Positions 25,322 to 34,498 of a DNA stretch of 60,546 nucleotides are shown one piece after another. The stretch's first letter is position 1, and every line of letters starts with the position of its first letter. This stretch comes from an uncultured Pseudomonadales bacterium. Lineage in GTDB: Bacteria; Patescibacteriota; Microgenomatia; UBA1400; CAYXSR01. Below the pieces are notes generated by a model that was not told the DNA's origin, made no database searches, and saw nothing but the letters and a program-made list of their open reading frames with translations. The stretch lies in NCBI GenBank assembly GCA_964467735.1, contig CAYXSR010000005.1, forward strand, positions 1 to 60,546, read 5' to 3'. A program made the translations under genes and the position numbers.

Positions 25322-26429
25322 CAGGCATAATAATATGTAAAAAAGATGACTTTTTTGGAGATCGAAAAAGTCCTGGCTGAAGAGATCCATTCCCTTCAAA
25401 TAAAATTTCTTCTTCTGAAAAAGCACTTAAAAAATCTTGTAAAAATCGCCAGTTAAAAGCAATTTGAAAATCTGGTCCTTCTTGTTTTACATCTAAATTT
25501 ATCTGGTTATCTCCTATTTGAGGGGCATTAGCACTGATTTTTAACTTTCCTGCCTTTGATTCCAACTTAATAATATTAGCACTTTCTCGAGCAAAAATAG
25601 AAGCTGTTCTAATTGCTTTATCTAAAGCCTCTTTATCTATTTTCAACTTTGATTCCCCTTCTTTGGGAATAATTTTTTCAAAATCGGGAAATGTTCCGTC
25701 GATAATTCTAGTCACTATTTCTATCCCCTCGAATGAAAAAATTACCTGATTATTTTTTTTGGTAAAAGCCATCTTAAATTCTTCCTCCTTCTCATTCGTC
25801 GTTAACACTCTAACAACTTCTTCCAGTGACCGAGCGGGAATTACTGTTACTGGCATTTCTATTTTTTCTTTTAAGGAAATTGTCTCTAGGCTTAATCGAT
25901 AACCATCCGTAGCAACTAGCTGTAGTTTTTTATTATTAACACTAAATCTTACTCCATTTAGAACAGGTCTACTTTCATCATTTGCCGCCGCAAAAGCAAC
26001 TTGAGACACAATATCAATAAAGTTTTTTATATTTAAATTAAAAATATTACCTAATTCTTGCTTTTTTTTGATTGTGGGAATTTCAGGAAAGCCTTCTGTA
26101 TTTATTGTATTAAAAGTTGCATTATAATTTTTACAAGAAATAGTAATTTTATCTTTTTGTTGACTTAAAGTTACTTCTTCTGTTGGTAAAGAAGAAATAA
26201 ATTCGCTTATTTTTTTTGCTGGCAAAGCAAAAGTCCCCTCTTTTTCCACCTTAGCTGGAATCCAAAAAACTATTCCTGTTTCTAAATCAGTCGCTGAAAT
26301 TTCCAAACCTTCTTTATTTGCTGTAAAAAGAATATTTTCTAAAACAGAAAGTGTTAAATTGCTTCCAACGAAACGACTAACAACAGAAAGAGCTTTGTTT
26401 AAATTTTCTTGTAGTAAAATGGCTTTCAT
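25305..26429 (-). CDS. dnaN: DNA polymerase III beta sliding clamp
   Basis: SATDLE, SRPVLNG, VATDGYRLS, FPDFEKIIP and IAFN...IIMPVR motifs; adjacent to dnaA. Confidence 0.97.
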   Translation of the reverse strand: MKAILLQENLNKALSVVSRFVGSNLTLSVLENILFTANKEGLEISATDLETGIVFWIPAKVEKEGTFALPAKKISEFISSLPTEEVTLSQQKDKITISCKNYNATFNTINTEGFPEIPTIKKKQELGNIFNLNIKNFIDIVSQVAFAAANDESRPVLNGVRFSVNNKKLQLVATDGYRLSLETISLKEKIEMPVTVIPARSLEEVVRVLTTNEKEEEFKMAFTKKNNQVIFSFEGIEIVTRIIDGTFPDFEKIIPKEGESKLKIDKEALDKAIRTASIFARESANIIKLESKAGKLKISANAPQIGDNQINLDVKQEGPDFQIAFNWRFLQDFLSAFSEEEILFEGNGSLQPGLFRSPKKSSFLHIIMPVRVES

Positions 26430-26499
26430 TGTTCCTTAATAAATAAAAGTTAAGTTTTAGTCCGTAAATATAATATCAATTTCTTAATAAAATATCTAG

Positions 26500-26724
26500 G
26501 TTTTAATATATATTGTTTAATAGTATTAGTAATAAGAACAGTGGAAAAGTGGAAAATTTTCATTTTAAAAGATCAAATTTTTTTTTAGATATGTTAATTA
26601 AAACAATTCAAAATTGTTAACTTTTTTGTTAAAAAAAAATTATTTTTGTGGAAAAGTGGAAATAATTAAAAAAGTATTCCACCTTTCCACTTATTAAAAA
26701 TAATTTTCCACAATGTTTTCCACT
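26500..26724. other. Replication origin oriC (dnaA-dnaN intergenic): DnaA boxes, DnaA-trios, AT-rich unwinding region
   Basis: TTTTCCAC(A/T)-type boxes at 26540-48, 26548-56, 26647-55, 26655-63, 26675-83, 26683-91, 26704-12 and 26716-24. Trios TAA TAG TAT TAG TAA TAA GAA at 26518-26538. GC skew changes sign across the region. Confidence 0.9.
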
Positions 26725-28105
26725 ATTTCTTCCCAAAAATATTTTTATGAATTGTGTTGATATCTAGCCTTAAAGATTCGGAGATAGTCATTTGTTTGCC
26801 TATTTTTTCCACAGCATACATAACAGTGGTATGATCCTTTCCTCCAAAGATTTCTCCTATTTTTATGAAAGGAAGTTTTAATTCCGTTTTAAGGAGATAC
26901 ATCGCTATCTGTCGAGGAACAACAATTTCTTGTTTTCTTTTTTGACCTTTTAGGGTATTTAATTTTAAATCAAAATATAAACATACTTTTTCTAGAATTT
27001 CTTCAGGTTTGATGTTTTTTCTTAATTCTTTTTCATCCTTTTTTTCACCCAACAAAGATTGGACCATTGAAGGAGAAATAGGCTCCCCTTTTCTTAATGA
27101 TTCTGTGATTAGACGCATAAGAAAGCCTTCTAATGCTCTGGTACTTTCAAAATTAGCGGCAATCATTTGAGCAGCATCCATAGGAAGAGATTGCTTCCAT
27201 TGGTTGGCCTTAATTAATAAAATAGCTGTTCTTAATTCAAAATTTGGTTGTTGAATATCAATTGATAATCCTCCTTCAAAACGGGAACGTAATCTATCTT
27301 CAAGACCCTCAATTTCATGAGGAAGGCGATCACTAGTAAGGATAACTTGTCCTTTTGCTTTATAGATGGTATTAAAGGTGTGAAAGAACTCTTCTTGGAC
27401 AGCATCTTTACCACCAATAAATTGAATATCATCAATTAAAAGGGTTTTTGCCGAACGATATTTTTGTCGAAAAAACTGGGTGGTTTTAGTTTGAATTGCT
27501 TGAATAATTTCATTTGTAAATTCCTCTCCGGTACAATAAACAACTGAGGTTTGAGGATTTTTTTCTAATATAATATGACCAATTGCTTGCATAAGATGAG
27601 TTTTTCCTACTCCCACTCCCCCATATAAAAAAAGAAGCTGATACATCTTTCCTGGGTTTTTGGCAACGCTTTGGGCAGCGGCATAAGCCACCTCATTAGT
27701 TGAAGAAACAGCAAAATTTTTAAAAGTAAAATCTTCTCTTAAGCCTGCTCGTCTTATTGCTTTTAAAACCGCCAATTCTTGTTGTTTTTCTAAATCTTTA
27801 GAAAAAAGTGGTCCTAGAGTTTTTTCTTTTGTAATTCTTTTGTTAATTAATTTAACCGTAAAAACAATAGTATTTTCTTTGTCTGTAATTCTATCGATAA
27901 TTTCTTTGATTTGACTTTTATAACGTCCCTCTAATGTTTCTTGAATAAAAGAATTGGGGACAATAATTTCTACTTGTTGTTTTCTTTTTGATAGCTTATT
28001 TATTTTATTTATTTGGGTTTGGTTAAACCAAGCAGAGAAAGTGGGTTTTGATAAAGTCAATTTAAGCTCTTCTGAAACTGCTTGCCAAAGCTGTTTTTTA
28101 TCCAT
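26723..28105 (-). CDS. dnaA: Chromosomal replication initiator DnaA
   Basis: GGVGVGKTHL, LLIDDIQFI, RLRSRFEGGL and GGKDHTTV motifs. Confidence 0.98.
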   Translation of the reverse strand: MDKKQLWQAVSEELKLTLSKPTFSAWFNQTQINKINKLSKRKQQVEIIVPNSFIQETLEGRYKSQIKEIIDRITDKENTIVFTVKLINKRITKEKTLGPLFSKDLEKQQELAVLKAIRRAGLREDFTFKNFAVSSTNEVAYAAAQSVAKNPGKMYQLLFLYGGVGVGKTHLMQAIGHIILEKNPQTSVVYCTGEEFTNEIIQAIQTKTTQFFRQKYRSAKTLLIDDIQFIGGKDAVQEEFFHTFNTIYKAKGQVILTSDRLPHEIEGLEDRLRSRFEGGLSIDIQQPNFELRTAILLIKANQWKQSLPMDAAQMIAANFESTRALEGFLMRLITESLRKGEPISPSMVQSLLGEKKDEKELRKNIKPEEILEKVCLYFDLKLNTLKGQKRKQEIVVPRQIAMYLLKTELKLPFIKIGEIFGGKDHTTVMYAVEKIGKQMTISESLRLDINTIHKNIFGKK

Positions 28106-28166
28106 ATTTAAAAACCTAAGGGCAGAAGTTTATTTTTAAAAACTTTTAAAGAAGCTTTTAATAACA

Positions 28167-28224
28167 ACTATAGTTTAAAATTTTTTTGAAACCAAGTTAA
28201 TTTAAAACTACAAAGTTTTCCACA
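28167..28224 (-). promoter_or_regulatory. dnaA promoter (TTGGTT-N17-TATAGT) with upstream DnaA box TTTTCCACA
   Basis: -35 at 28190-28195, -10 at 28167-28172, box at 28216-28224. Confidence 0.5.
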
Positions 28225-28296
28225 ATTAGTCAAGCAGGAAATTAATCAAAAAAAGCCGCTTTTAGAAAATAAAATATTTTATCTTTTTATAAGTTA

Positions 28297-28305
28297 TGTT
28301 ATACT
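28297..28305 (+). promoter_or_regulatory. Extended -10 (TGtTATACT) giving a leaderless rpmH transcript
   Basis: Exactly 7 nt upstream of the rpmH ATG; no SD. Confidence 0.65.
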
Positions 28306-28312
28306 AAAAAAC

Positions 28313-28450
28313 ATGGTTAAAAGAACATATCAACCCAAAAAAAGAAAAAGGAAAAAAGTTCATGGTTTTAGAGCAAGAATGAGTGATAAAAAGGGGAGAG
28401 AAGTTTTAAAACGCAGAAGAACAAAAAAAAGAAAACGTTTAACAATTTAA
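28313..28450 (+). CDS. rpmH: 50S ribosomal protein L34
   Basis: [45 protein letters not shown] (45 aa; below the ORF-track cutoff). Confidence 0.97.
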   Translation: MVKRTYQPKKRKRKKVHGFRARMSDKKGREVLKRRRTKKRKRLTI

Positions 28451-28452
28451 GA

Positions 28453-28812
28453 ATGCTTCCTAAAAATTATCGCTTGCCGGCTTATCTTATTCCAGAGATT
28501 TTAAGAAGAGGGAAAATACTTAATTCTTTAAGCTTTAGGATTTTTGTTTTACCAAATACAAAAAAGATAATTAGAATAGCAGTTATTGTTCCAATTAAAT
28601 TAGAAAAAAGGGCGGTTAAAAGAAATAAAATAAAGCGTTTATTTAAAGAAACAATAAGAATTAATTTAAAAAAAATAAAAAAGGGGACTGATTTAATTTT
28701 TTTGATTAAAAAAAAAGCAATGGAAAAAAACTTTTTTGAGATAAAAGAAGAGACAGAAGATTTTTTAATCAGAGAAAAAATAATGAAAGATGTTGAAAAA
28801 AATCATTCTTAA
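28453..28812 (+). CDS. rnpA: Ribonuclease P protein component
   Basis: LPKNYRL and [11 protein letters not shown] (RNR motif); position after rpmH. Confidence 0.93.
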   Translation: MLPKNYRLPAYLIPEILRRGKILNSLSFRIFVLPNTKKIIRIAVIVPIKLEKRAVKRNKIKRLFKETIRINLKKIKKGTDLIFLIKKKAMEKNFFEIKEETEDFLIREKIMKDVEKNHS

Positions 28813-29029
28813 ATTAATTTCTGCTTATCGAAAAAGTACTTTTTTTCATAGTTCAACTTTAAAAAGTCTTTTTTTGTCAGATGCTAATTGTCGTTTTCAA
28901 CCGACATGTTCATTATATTGCTATCAAGCAATTAAAAAATATGGTATTATAAAGGGCATATTTTTGTGTTTAAAAAGGGTGGGGAAATGTCATCCGTGGA
29001 GTAAAGGAGGCAAAGACCCACTTGTATAA
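28790..29029 (+). CDS. yidD: Membrane protein insertion efficiency factor
   Basis: [10 protein letters not shown]...KYG...[11 protein letters not shown]. Confidence 0.93.
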   Translation: MLKKIILKLISAYRKSTFFHSSTLKSLFLSDANCRFQPTCSLYCYQAIKKYGIIKGIFLCLKRVGKCHPWSKGGKDPLV

Positions 29030-29032
29030 AAA

Positions 29033-29839
29033 ATGAATATTTGGTTTTCTTTACTTTATCAACCATTAGTTAATTGTTTAATCTTCTTTTATCAAATTCT
29101 AGGACAGAATTTAGGTTTAGCAATTGTGGCAATGACTGTTTTCATCCGCTCACTCCTGATTCCTTTAACTCTTCCTTCTTTTAAATCGTCTTCTAAAATA
29201 AGAGAGCTTGCTCCAGAACTTGAGAAATTAAAGAAAAAATATAAAAATAATCAAAAAGCCTTTGCCCAAGCTCAAATAGAGCTTTACAAAAAGGCGGGGG
29301 TAAACCCAGCCGCTGGTTGTCTGCCACAAATAATCCAAATAATAATTTTAATTGCCCTGTTTCAAGCTTTTAACCAAGTAGTTAGGCCAAACGGAGATGT
29401 TATTGAGAAGTTAAACGCCGTTCTTTATTCATTTTTGCAGCTTCCAAAAACAGAAGCAATAAAGACAGGTTTTTTATATCTTGATTTGACAAAGCCAGAT
29501 CTTATAAAACTTCCTTTTCAATTAAACTTATTAATCTTAAAACTAGATAGCCTTCCGGGTTTATTTTTATTAGCTTCTGCTTTAACTCAATTTCTTTCTT
29601 CCAAAAAAATGATGCCTGCTGCAGAAGCAGCTAAACAAAAAGCAGAGAAGACCAAAGAAAAAGAGGATGATATGGCGGCTATGATGCAAAAGCAAATGCT
29701 ATATATGATGCCTTTAATGACAATTTTAATTGGTTTTAGCTTTCCTTCAGGGTTAGTGCTTTATTGGTTGACCTTTAGTCTTTTTATGCTTGTTCAGCAA
29801 TCCTTCTTAATCAAAAATAAAAATCAGACTGGTAGATAA
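29033..29839 (+). CDS. yidC: YidC/Oxa1 insertase, short monoderm type
   Basis: FIRSLLIPL, NPAAGCLPQIIQ and GLVLYW; no periplasmic domain. Confidence 0.93.
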   Translation: MNIWFSLLYQPLVNCLIFFYQILGQNLGLAIVAMTVFIRSLLIPLTLPSFKSSSKIRELAPELEKLKKKYKNNQKAFAQAQIELYKKAGVNPAAGCLPQIIQIIILIALFQAFNQVVRPNGDVIEKLNAVLYSFLQLPKTEAIKTGFLYLDLTKPDLIKLPFQLNLLILKLDSLPGLFLLASALTQFLSSKKMMPAAEAAKQKAEKTKEKEDDMAAMMQKQMLYMMPLMTILIGFSFPSGLVLYWLTFSLFMLVQQSFLIKNKNQTGR

Positions 29840-29841
29840 AA

Positions 29842-30282
29842 ATGATTGAAAAACTTTCTATTTATTGTGATGGAGCTTCAAGAGGAAATCCTGGATTAGC
29901 AGCAGCAGCTTTTTTAGTAAAAGATGAAAAAGACAAGACTATTCATCAGCAATCATTTTTTTTGGGTAGAACAACTAATAATGTTGCTGAATATAATGGT
30001 GTTTTGCTAGCCTTACAGTGGTTAGCTAAAGAAAGCCTTTCTGAAAACAAAGAAATTCATTTTTATCTAGACTCTTTATTGGTTGTTAATCAGTTAACAG
30101 GAGTTTTTAAGATTAAAAATGAAAGATTAAGAAGAATGACTGTTCAAATAAAGAGAATAGAGGAAAAAATAAAGAAAACAATCTTTTATCATCATGTAGA
30201 AAGGAAGTATAATAAAAAGGCAGACGAGTTGGTTAATAAATGTTTAGATAGATGTAGTAAGACACGTGTTCTGAAAGACTAA
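29842..30282 (+). CDS. rnhA: Ribonuclease HI (bacterial/archaeal short type)
   Basis: DGASRGNPG, TNNVAEY, DSLLVVNQ and ADELVN motifs. Confidence 0.92.
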   Translation: MIEKLSIYCDGASRGNPGLAAAAFLVKDEKDKTIHQQSFFLGRTTNNVAEYNGVLLALQWLAKESLSENKEIHFYLDSLLVVNQLTGVFKIKNERLRRMTVQIKRIEEKIKKTIFYHHVERKYNKKADELVNKCLDRCSKTRVLKD

Positions 30283-30333
30283 CCTAAAGGTTTCGCGAAT
30301 ATACCGCGAAGAACAGCCAAGACAGCTGCCCAG

Positions 30334-33321
30334 ATGAATAAAAAAAAGATTGCTCGAACAAAATCCAAAGTTATTTCACAGGGACCGAAAATTTTAGTTG
30401 CAGGTGGCGCGGGATTTGTTGGTTCCTTTCTCTGTAGAAATCTTCTTTTCCAAGATTGTGAAGTTTTTTGTATAGATAATTTTTCTACAGGAAAAAAACA
30501 AAATATTGATGACTTGCTGGTTAATGATAATTTTCATTTAATAAAAAAAGATATTAATAACTCTTTGTCAGGATTGGGTTTGCCAGAGTTAGATTATATT
30601 TTTCATTTAGCCGGTTTAGATTATTCTCCTCAAAAAAAATTTTTGACTCTTAAAAACACGTTAGTTAATTCTTCAGGAACAAAGAATCTTCTTGATTTGG
30701 CTATTTCTAATAAAGCAAAGTTCCTTTTAGGCTCGTCAATTAACGTTTTTGAAGGATTTGTGTCTCAAAATAAATTAGTTGACTATTTTGGTAAAGAAAA
30801 AGGAGAGCTATATAGTTTAAATGAAGCCAAACGTTTTTCTGAGAACCTAACCTTTCAATATTTTCAAAACTATCAATTAAACGCGCGAATTGTTCGTTTA
30901 GGAGATATTTATGGGCCACGGATGAATTTGGATAGGGGAGGACTTATTTCTCAGATTTTTTCTCAGTTAAAAAATAACCAGAATTTAAAGATTCCCAATA
31001 AAGGAGAGACGATAATCTACCCGACTTTTATTGAAGACATAGTTTATGGTTTGTTAAAAGCAATGTTTCTTCAGGACTCTGGGGGTAAAATTTTTACTTT
31101 AGTAACTGATCAGAAAATTACGATTTCTGACTTTGTTCATTTAATAAAAGAAGAAGCTAATCAAGATATCTCGATAGACTATGTAGAAGCTAAGGAAACA
31201 AGAGAAACTGATTTAGAAAAGGAAATAACTCAAACGCAGAAGTTTTTAAACTGGAAGCCGAAAACAACCCTTAAGGAAGGAATTAAGAAAACAATTGATT
31301 GGTTACATACAGAAATAAAAGATTTTGAAAAAAAACAGGAGGAAAATAGACAAAAAAAGAAGAAAAAAGAAGAAAAACAAGTAAACCAGCAAACTTCCGG
31401 AAAAGAAGAGAAAGAAACAAAGGTTATAAAAAAATCAATGAAACTAAAGCTTTTTTTAATTGTTTTTAGTACAACAATTTTTTTATTTCTTCTTCCTTTT
31501 ATTCTTTTTACCTTTTATTTCATTAATGGTCTAGAAACCTTTGATAGGGCTTTTATGGCTTTTAAAAACCAAGAAGTTATTAAAGCTAGTCAGCAGGGAA
31601 CAAAAGTAAAGCGTTTATTTCAAAAAGGTAAAAAAACAATTTTTGCCTTAACAGAAACAGTTCCGTTTTTAAACAACTCCGAGAAAATAGAAGAACTTCT
31701 AAATTTTTATGATATGGCTATACCAATAGGGGAGAGTTTTGAAAAATATGAGTCTTTGGCTGCTAATCTAAAAGATTTAAAAGAAGTTTTATTTTCTCAA
31801 AAGCAACTTAATCCTCAAGAGACAATAAATAGAACTTTTCTTTCGATAGAATATATCCGGGAAAAAACCAATATATTATTAGCAGAAGTAGATAGGAATA
31901 GAGATTTTTCCTCGAAGTTACTTAATAGAAGGCTAGAAGATATAAAAAGTAGTAAAAAGGAAATAGAGGAATTAAATAGTGAACTTGGTAAAATGTCAAC
32001 TTTTATTAAAACTTTAGCCGATATAACTGGAATAAAAGAAAAAAAGACCTATTTAATTCTTTTTCAAGACAATTTGGAAATTCGTCCTACTGGAGGTTTT
32101 ATTTCTTCTTTTGGTTTATTAACTTTTCAACAAGGAAAAATTTTAGATTTTCAAGTAAAAGATGTTTATTTAGCTGATAACCAACTTGCTGGTAAAACAG
32201 AGCCGCCGCCTGAATTGAAAAAATATTTAGGAGAAAAGGTTTGGTATTTGAGAGATTCTAATTGGAATCCTGATTTTCCTTCGAGTGCTTTTCAGGCGGA
32301 ATGGTTTATAGCAAAGGAGTTGAATAAAAAAATAGATGGTACTTTTGCTTTAACTTGGAACACTCTTAGACAATTATTAGATGTTGTTGGACCAATAACA
32401 ATAGACTCTTTTGGAGAAGAAATTACTAGTGACAATTTATTAGAGAGAGCAATCCAAAATAGTAAAATTACTTTTTCTTCGGACCTTAAAGAGAAAGGTG
32501 ATTTTATGGGGCAAGTAGGAGAGACGATTTTTGAAAGATTAAAAGAAATAAACGAAGAAGAGACCTTTCAGGTGATGCTCTCTTTAGCAGAGAGCTTGAG
32601 AAAGAAAGAGTTTTTAATTTACCTTGAAGACGGAAATTCTATGAGAATTATTAAAGATAATGGTTGGAGTGGTTCTTTAAGAATGACTTTGCCACAATCA
32701 ATTTATTCTAGAATTTCTAATAATTATCCCTTCACTGATTTTTTAATGCCTGTAGAGGCTAATTTAGGAGTAAATAAAGCCAATTTTTATACTAAGAGAA
32801 ATGTTTATCATACAATAAATATTTTGAAGAGTGGAGAATTAGAAGAGACTCTACGTTTGGTTTGGGAAAATGGTAGTCCTTCGACAAGTTGGCCAGGAGG
32901 ACAATATAAAAATTATTTAAGAATCTTAATTCCAGAAAATAGCCAATTAATAAAATTAAAGGAGGGAGTGGATGAGAGTAAGCTGAGTTTGGTTGACAGA
33001 GAAAAGATAGATATATCTCGACAAAATTCGAAAGAAGTAATTGGTTTTTATACCGAAATTCAACCAGGTGGAAAGAAAGTTATCGAAGTGACTTATCGTT
33101 TACCCGGAAAGTTAATTTTTAACAATAGAAAAGCATATTATGTGTTTTATTTTCAAAAACAACCAGGAATAGGGGATTCACCGTTATTTTTACAAGTTAA
33201 TTATCCAGAAAATTTTAAACTTGCCAAGATTACTCCTGAAGGTGAAGTTCAAAAAAACACTGTTCTTTTTGAAGACCAAATTGACGAAGATAAAGTTTTT
33301 GCCCTTCAATTTATTAAATAA
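30334..33321 (+). CDS. Fusion: degenerate NAD-dependent epimerase/SDR domain - TM - extracellular DUF4012 domain
   Basis: GGAGFVGS at the N-terminus, TM near aa 370-400, and YLILFQDNLEIRPTGGFISSFG (DUF4012-like). Confidence 0.8.
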   Translation: MNKKKIARTKSKVISQGPKILVAGGAGFVGSFLCRNLLFQDCEVFCIDNFSTGKKQNIDDLLVNDNFHLIKKDINNSLSGLGLPELDYIFHLAGLDYSPQKKFLTLKNTLVNSSGTKNLLDLAISNKAKFLLGSSINVFEGFVSQNKLVDYFGKEKGELYSLNEAKRFSENLTFQYFQNYQLNARIVRLGDIYGPRMNLDRGGLISQIFSQLKNNQNLKIPNKGETIIYPTFIEDIVYGLLKAMFLQDSGGKIFTLVTDQKITISDFVHLIKEEANQDISIDYVEAKETRETDLEKEITQTQKFLNWKPKTTLKEGIKKTIDWLHTEIKDFEKKQEENRQKKKKKEEKQVNQQTSGKEEKETKVIKKSMKLKLFLIVFSTTIFLFLLPFILFTFYFINGLETFDRAFMAFKNQEVIKASQQGTKVKRLFQKGKKTIFALTETVPFLNNSEKIEELLNFYDMAIPIGESFEKYESLAANLKDLKEVLFSQKQLNPQETINRTFLSIEYIREKTNILLAEVDRNRDFSSKLLNRRLEDIKSSKKEIEELNSELGKMSTFIKTLADITGIKEKKTYLILFQDNLEIRPTGGFISSFGLLTFQQGKILDFQVKDVYLADNQLAGKTEPPPELKKYLGEKVWYLRDSNWNPDFPSSAFQAEWFIAKELNKKIDGTFALTWNTLRQLLDVVGPITIDSFGEEITSDNLLERAIQNSKITFSSDLKEKGDFMGQVGETIFERLKEINEEETFQVMLSLAESLRKKEFLIYLEDGNSMRIIKDNGWSGSLRMTLPQSIYSRISNNYPFTDFLMPVEANLGVNKANFYTKRNVYHTINILKSGELEETLRLVWENGSPSTSWPGGQYKNYLRILIPENSQLIKLKEGVDESKLSLVDREKIDISRQNSKEVIGFYTEIQPGGKKVIEVTYRLPGKLIFNNRKAYYVFYFQKQPGIGDSPLFLQVNYPENFKLAKITPEGEVQKNTVLFEDQIDEDKVFALQFIK

Positions 33322-33419
33322 ATGAAGTAAAATGATCCTTGTCTGTATAAGTATTATTTAAGAATAAAAGACGATTTTAAAAGCTTCCAAGCATCAAATT
33401 TTAAAAAGGAAATTCAAAG

Positions 33420-34208
33420 ATGGCCAGAAAAATCGCTGTTGTTTTAAGAAAGGGTGGAAGTGGTAAAACCACAACGGCGGTAAATTTAGCCGCCGCTCTT
33501 CATAAAAAAAAGCAAAAAACTCTCTTAATTGATTTAGATCCTCAGGCTAATGCAACAATAAGTTTGGGAATTGATCCAATTGAACTTACAAGACATGTGA
33601 ATAATCTTTTTACTGACATAAATATCCAGCCAGAAGAAACAATTACTAAAACTAGTTTTGGAATGTTTATTTTACCGTCTCATCCAGATTTAGCAGATAC
33701 AGAAGCTGGAATGAGAGCTACCCAAGTAGGTCTTTTAAAGGGAATTTTGGAACCAATTGAACAATTATTTGATTTTATCATTATTGACACTCCACCTTCA
33801 GAAAGTTATTTGACAGTGAATGCTTTAGCAGCTGTTGACGAAGTAATAATTCCTTTACAAACTCATTATTTAGCAATGAGAGGATTAAGAGAGGTTTTAG
33901 AAGAAATAGAGCAGGTTAGAAAGGGATTAAATCCAAGTTTAAAAATTGCCGGAATTTTACCAACTATGGTAAATAAAAGGACAAACATGGCTAAAACAGT
34001 TTTAGAAACAGTACTGGAGACTTATAAAGAATTAGTTTATCCATTTCAAGTAAATTTTAGTATTCGCCATACTGAAGCAAGTCTAGTCGGTTTACCAATA
34101 ATTCTTTATCGACCAGAACATCAAGGTAGTCAAGCTTACTTTCAATTAACTGATCATATTTTAAGAAAGGAACCAAAAGGGAAGACCTCCCGTGGTAAAA
34201 AATTATGA
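33420..34208 (+). CDS. parA: ParA/Soj-family deviant Walker ATPase (short, no N-terminal HTH)
   Basis: RKGGSGKTT, IDLDPQAN and IIDTPPS motifs. Confidence 0.92.
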   Translation: MARKIAVVLRKGGSGKTTTAVNLAAALHKKKQKTLLIDLDPQANATISLGIDPIELTRHVNNLFTDINIQPEETITKTSFGMFILPSHPDLADTEAGMRATQVGLLKGILEPIEQLFDFIIIDTPPSESYLTVNALAAVDEVIIPLQTHYLAMRGLREVLEEIEQVRKGLNPSLKIAGILPTMVNKRTNMAKTVLETVLETYKELVYPFQVNFSIRHTEASLVGLPIILYRPEHQGSQAYFQLTDHILRKEPKGKTSRGKKL

Positions 34209-34498
34209 ATCAAACAAAAACTTTAAAAGATCTAATTAAAAAAAGAACTCAATTGTTTTCCGATAGACAGATAGTAAAACCGATTAATTTATATGATGGT
34301 TCAGGATCAGAAAATAAACCAGAAAGCAAGCAAACCAGTAAGAATACAAATACTCAAAAAACTTCGCTTAAAAAATTTTCTAGCTATTTAAAACCAGAAA
34401 CAATTAAAGATTTAAAAAGATTAGCAATAGAAAAAGACAAAAAAGATTATGAAGTTTTACAAGCTGCCGTTGATCAATATATTGAAAAGGAAAGTTAG
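34205..34498 (+). CDS. Small ParA partner with C-terminal ribbon-helix-helix (ParG/CopG-like)
   Basis: Polar flexible N-terminal half, then KKFSSYL-KPETIKDLKRLAI-DKKDYEVLQAAVDQYI; ATGA-coupled to parA. Confidence 0.7.
   Translation: MNQTKTLKDLIKKRTQLFSDRQIVKPINLYDGSGSENKPESKQTSKNTNTQKTSLKKFSSYLKPETIKDLKRLAIEKDKKDYEVLQAAVDQYIEKES

Noticed and set aside
30292-30310. Hairpin TTCGCG-aatatac-CGCGAA between rnhA and the epimerase fusion
   Set aside because: Only 6 bp with no T tract; too weak to call a terminator or regulatory element.
33322-33419. Centromere-like iterons upstream of parA
   Set aside because: Only TTTTAAAA palindromes and a 4-bp inverted repeat, which are expected by chance in AT-rich DNA.
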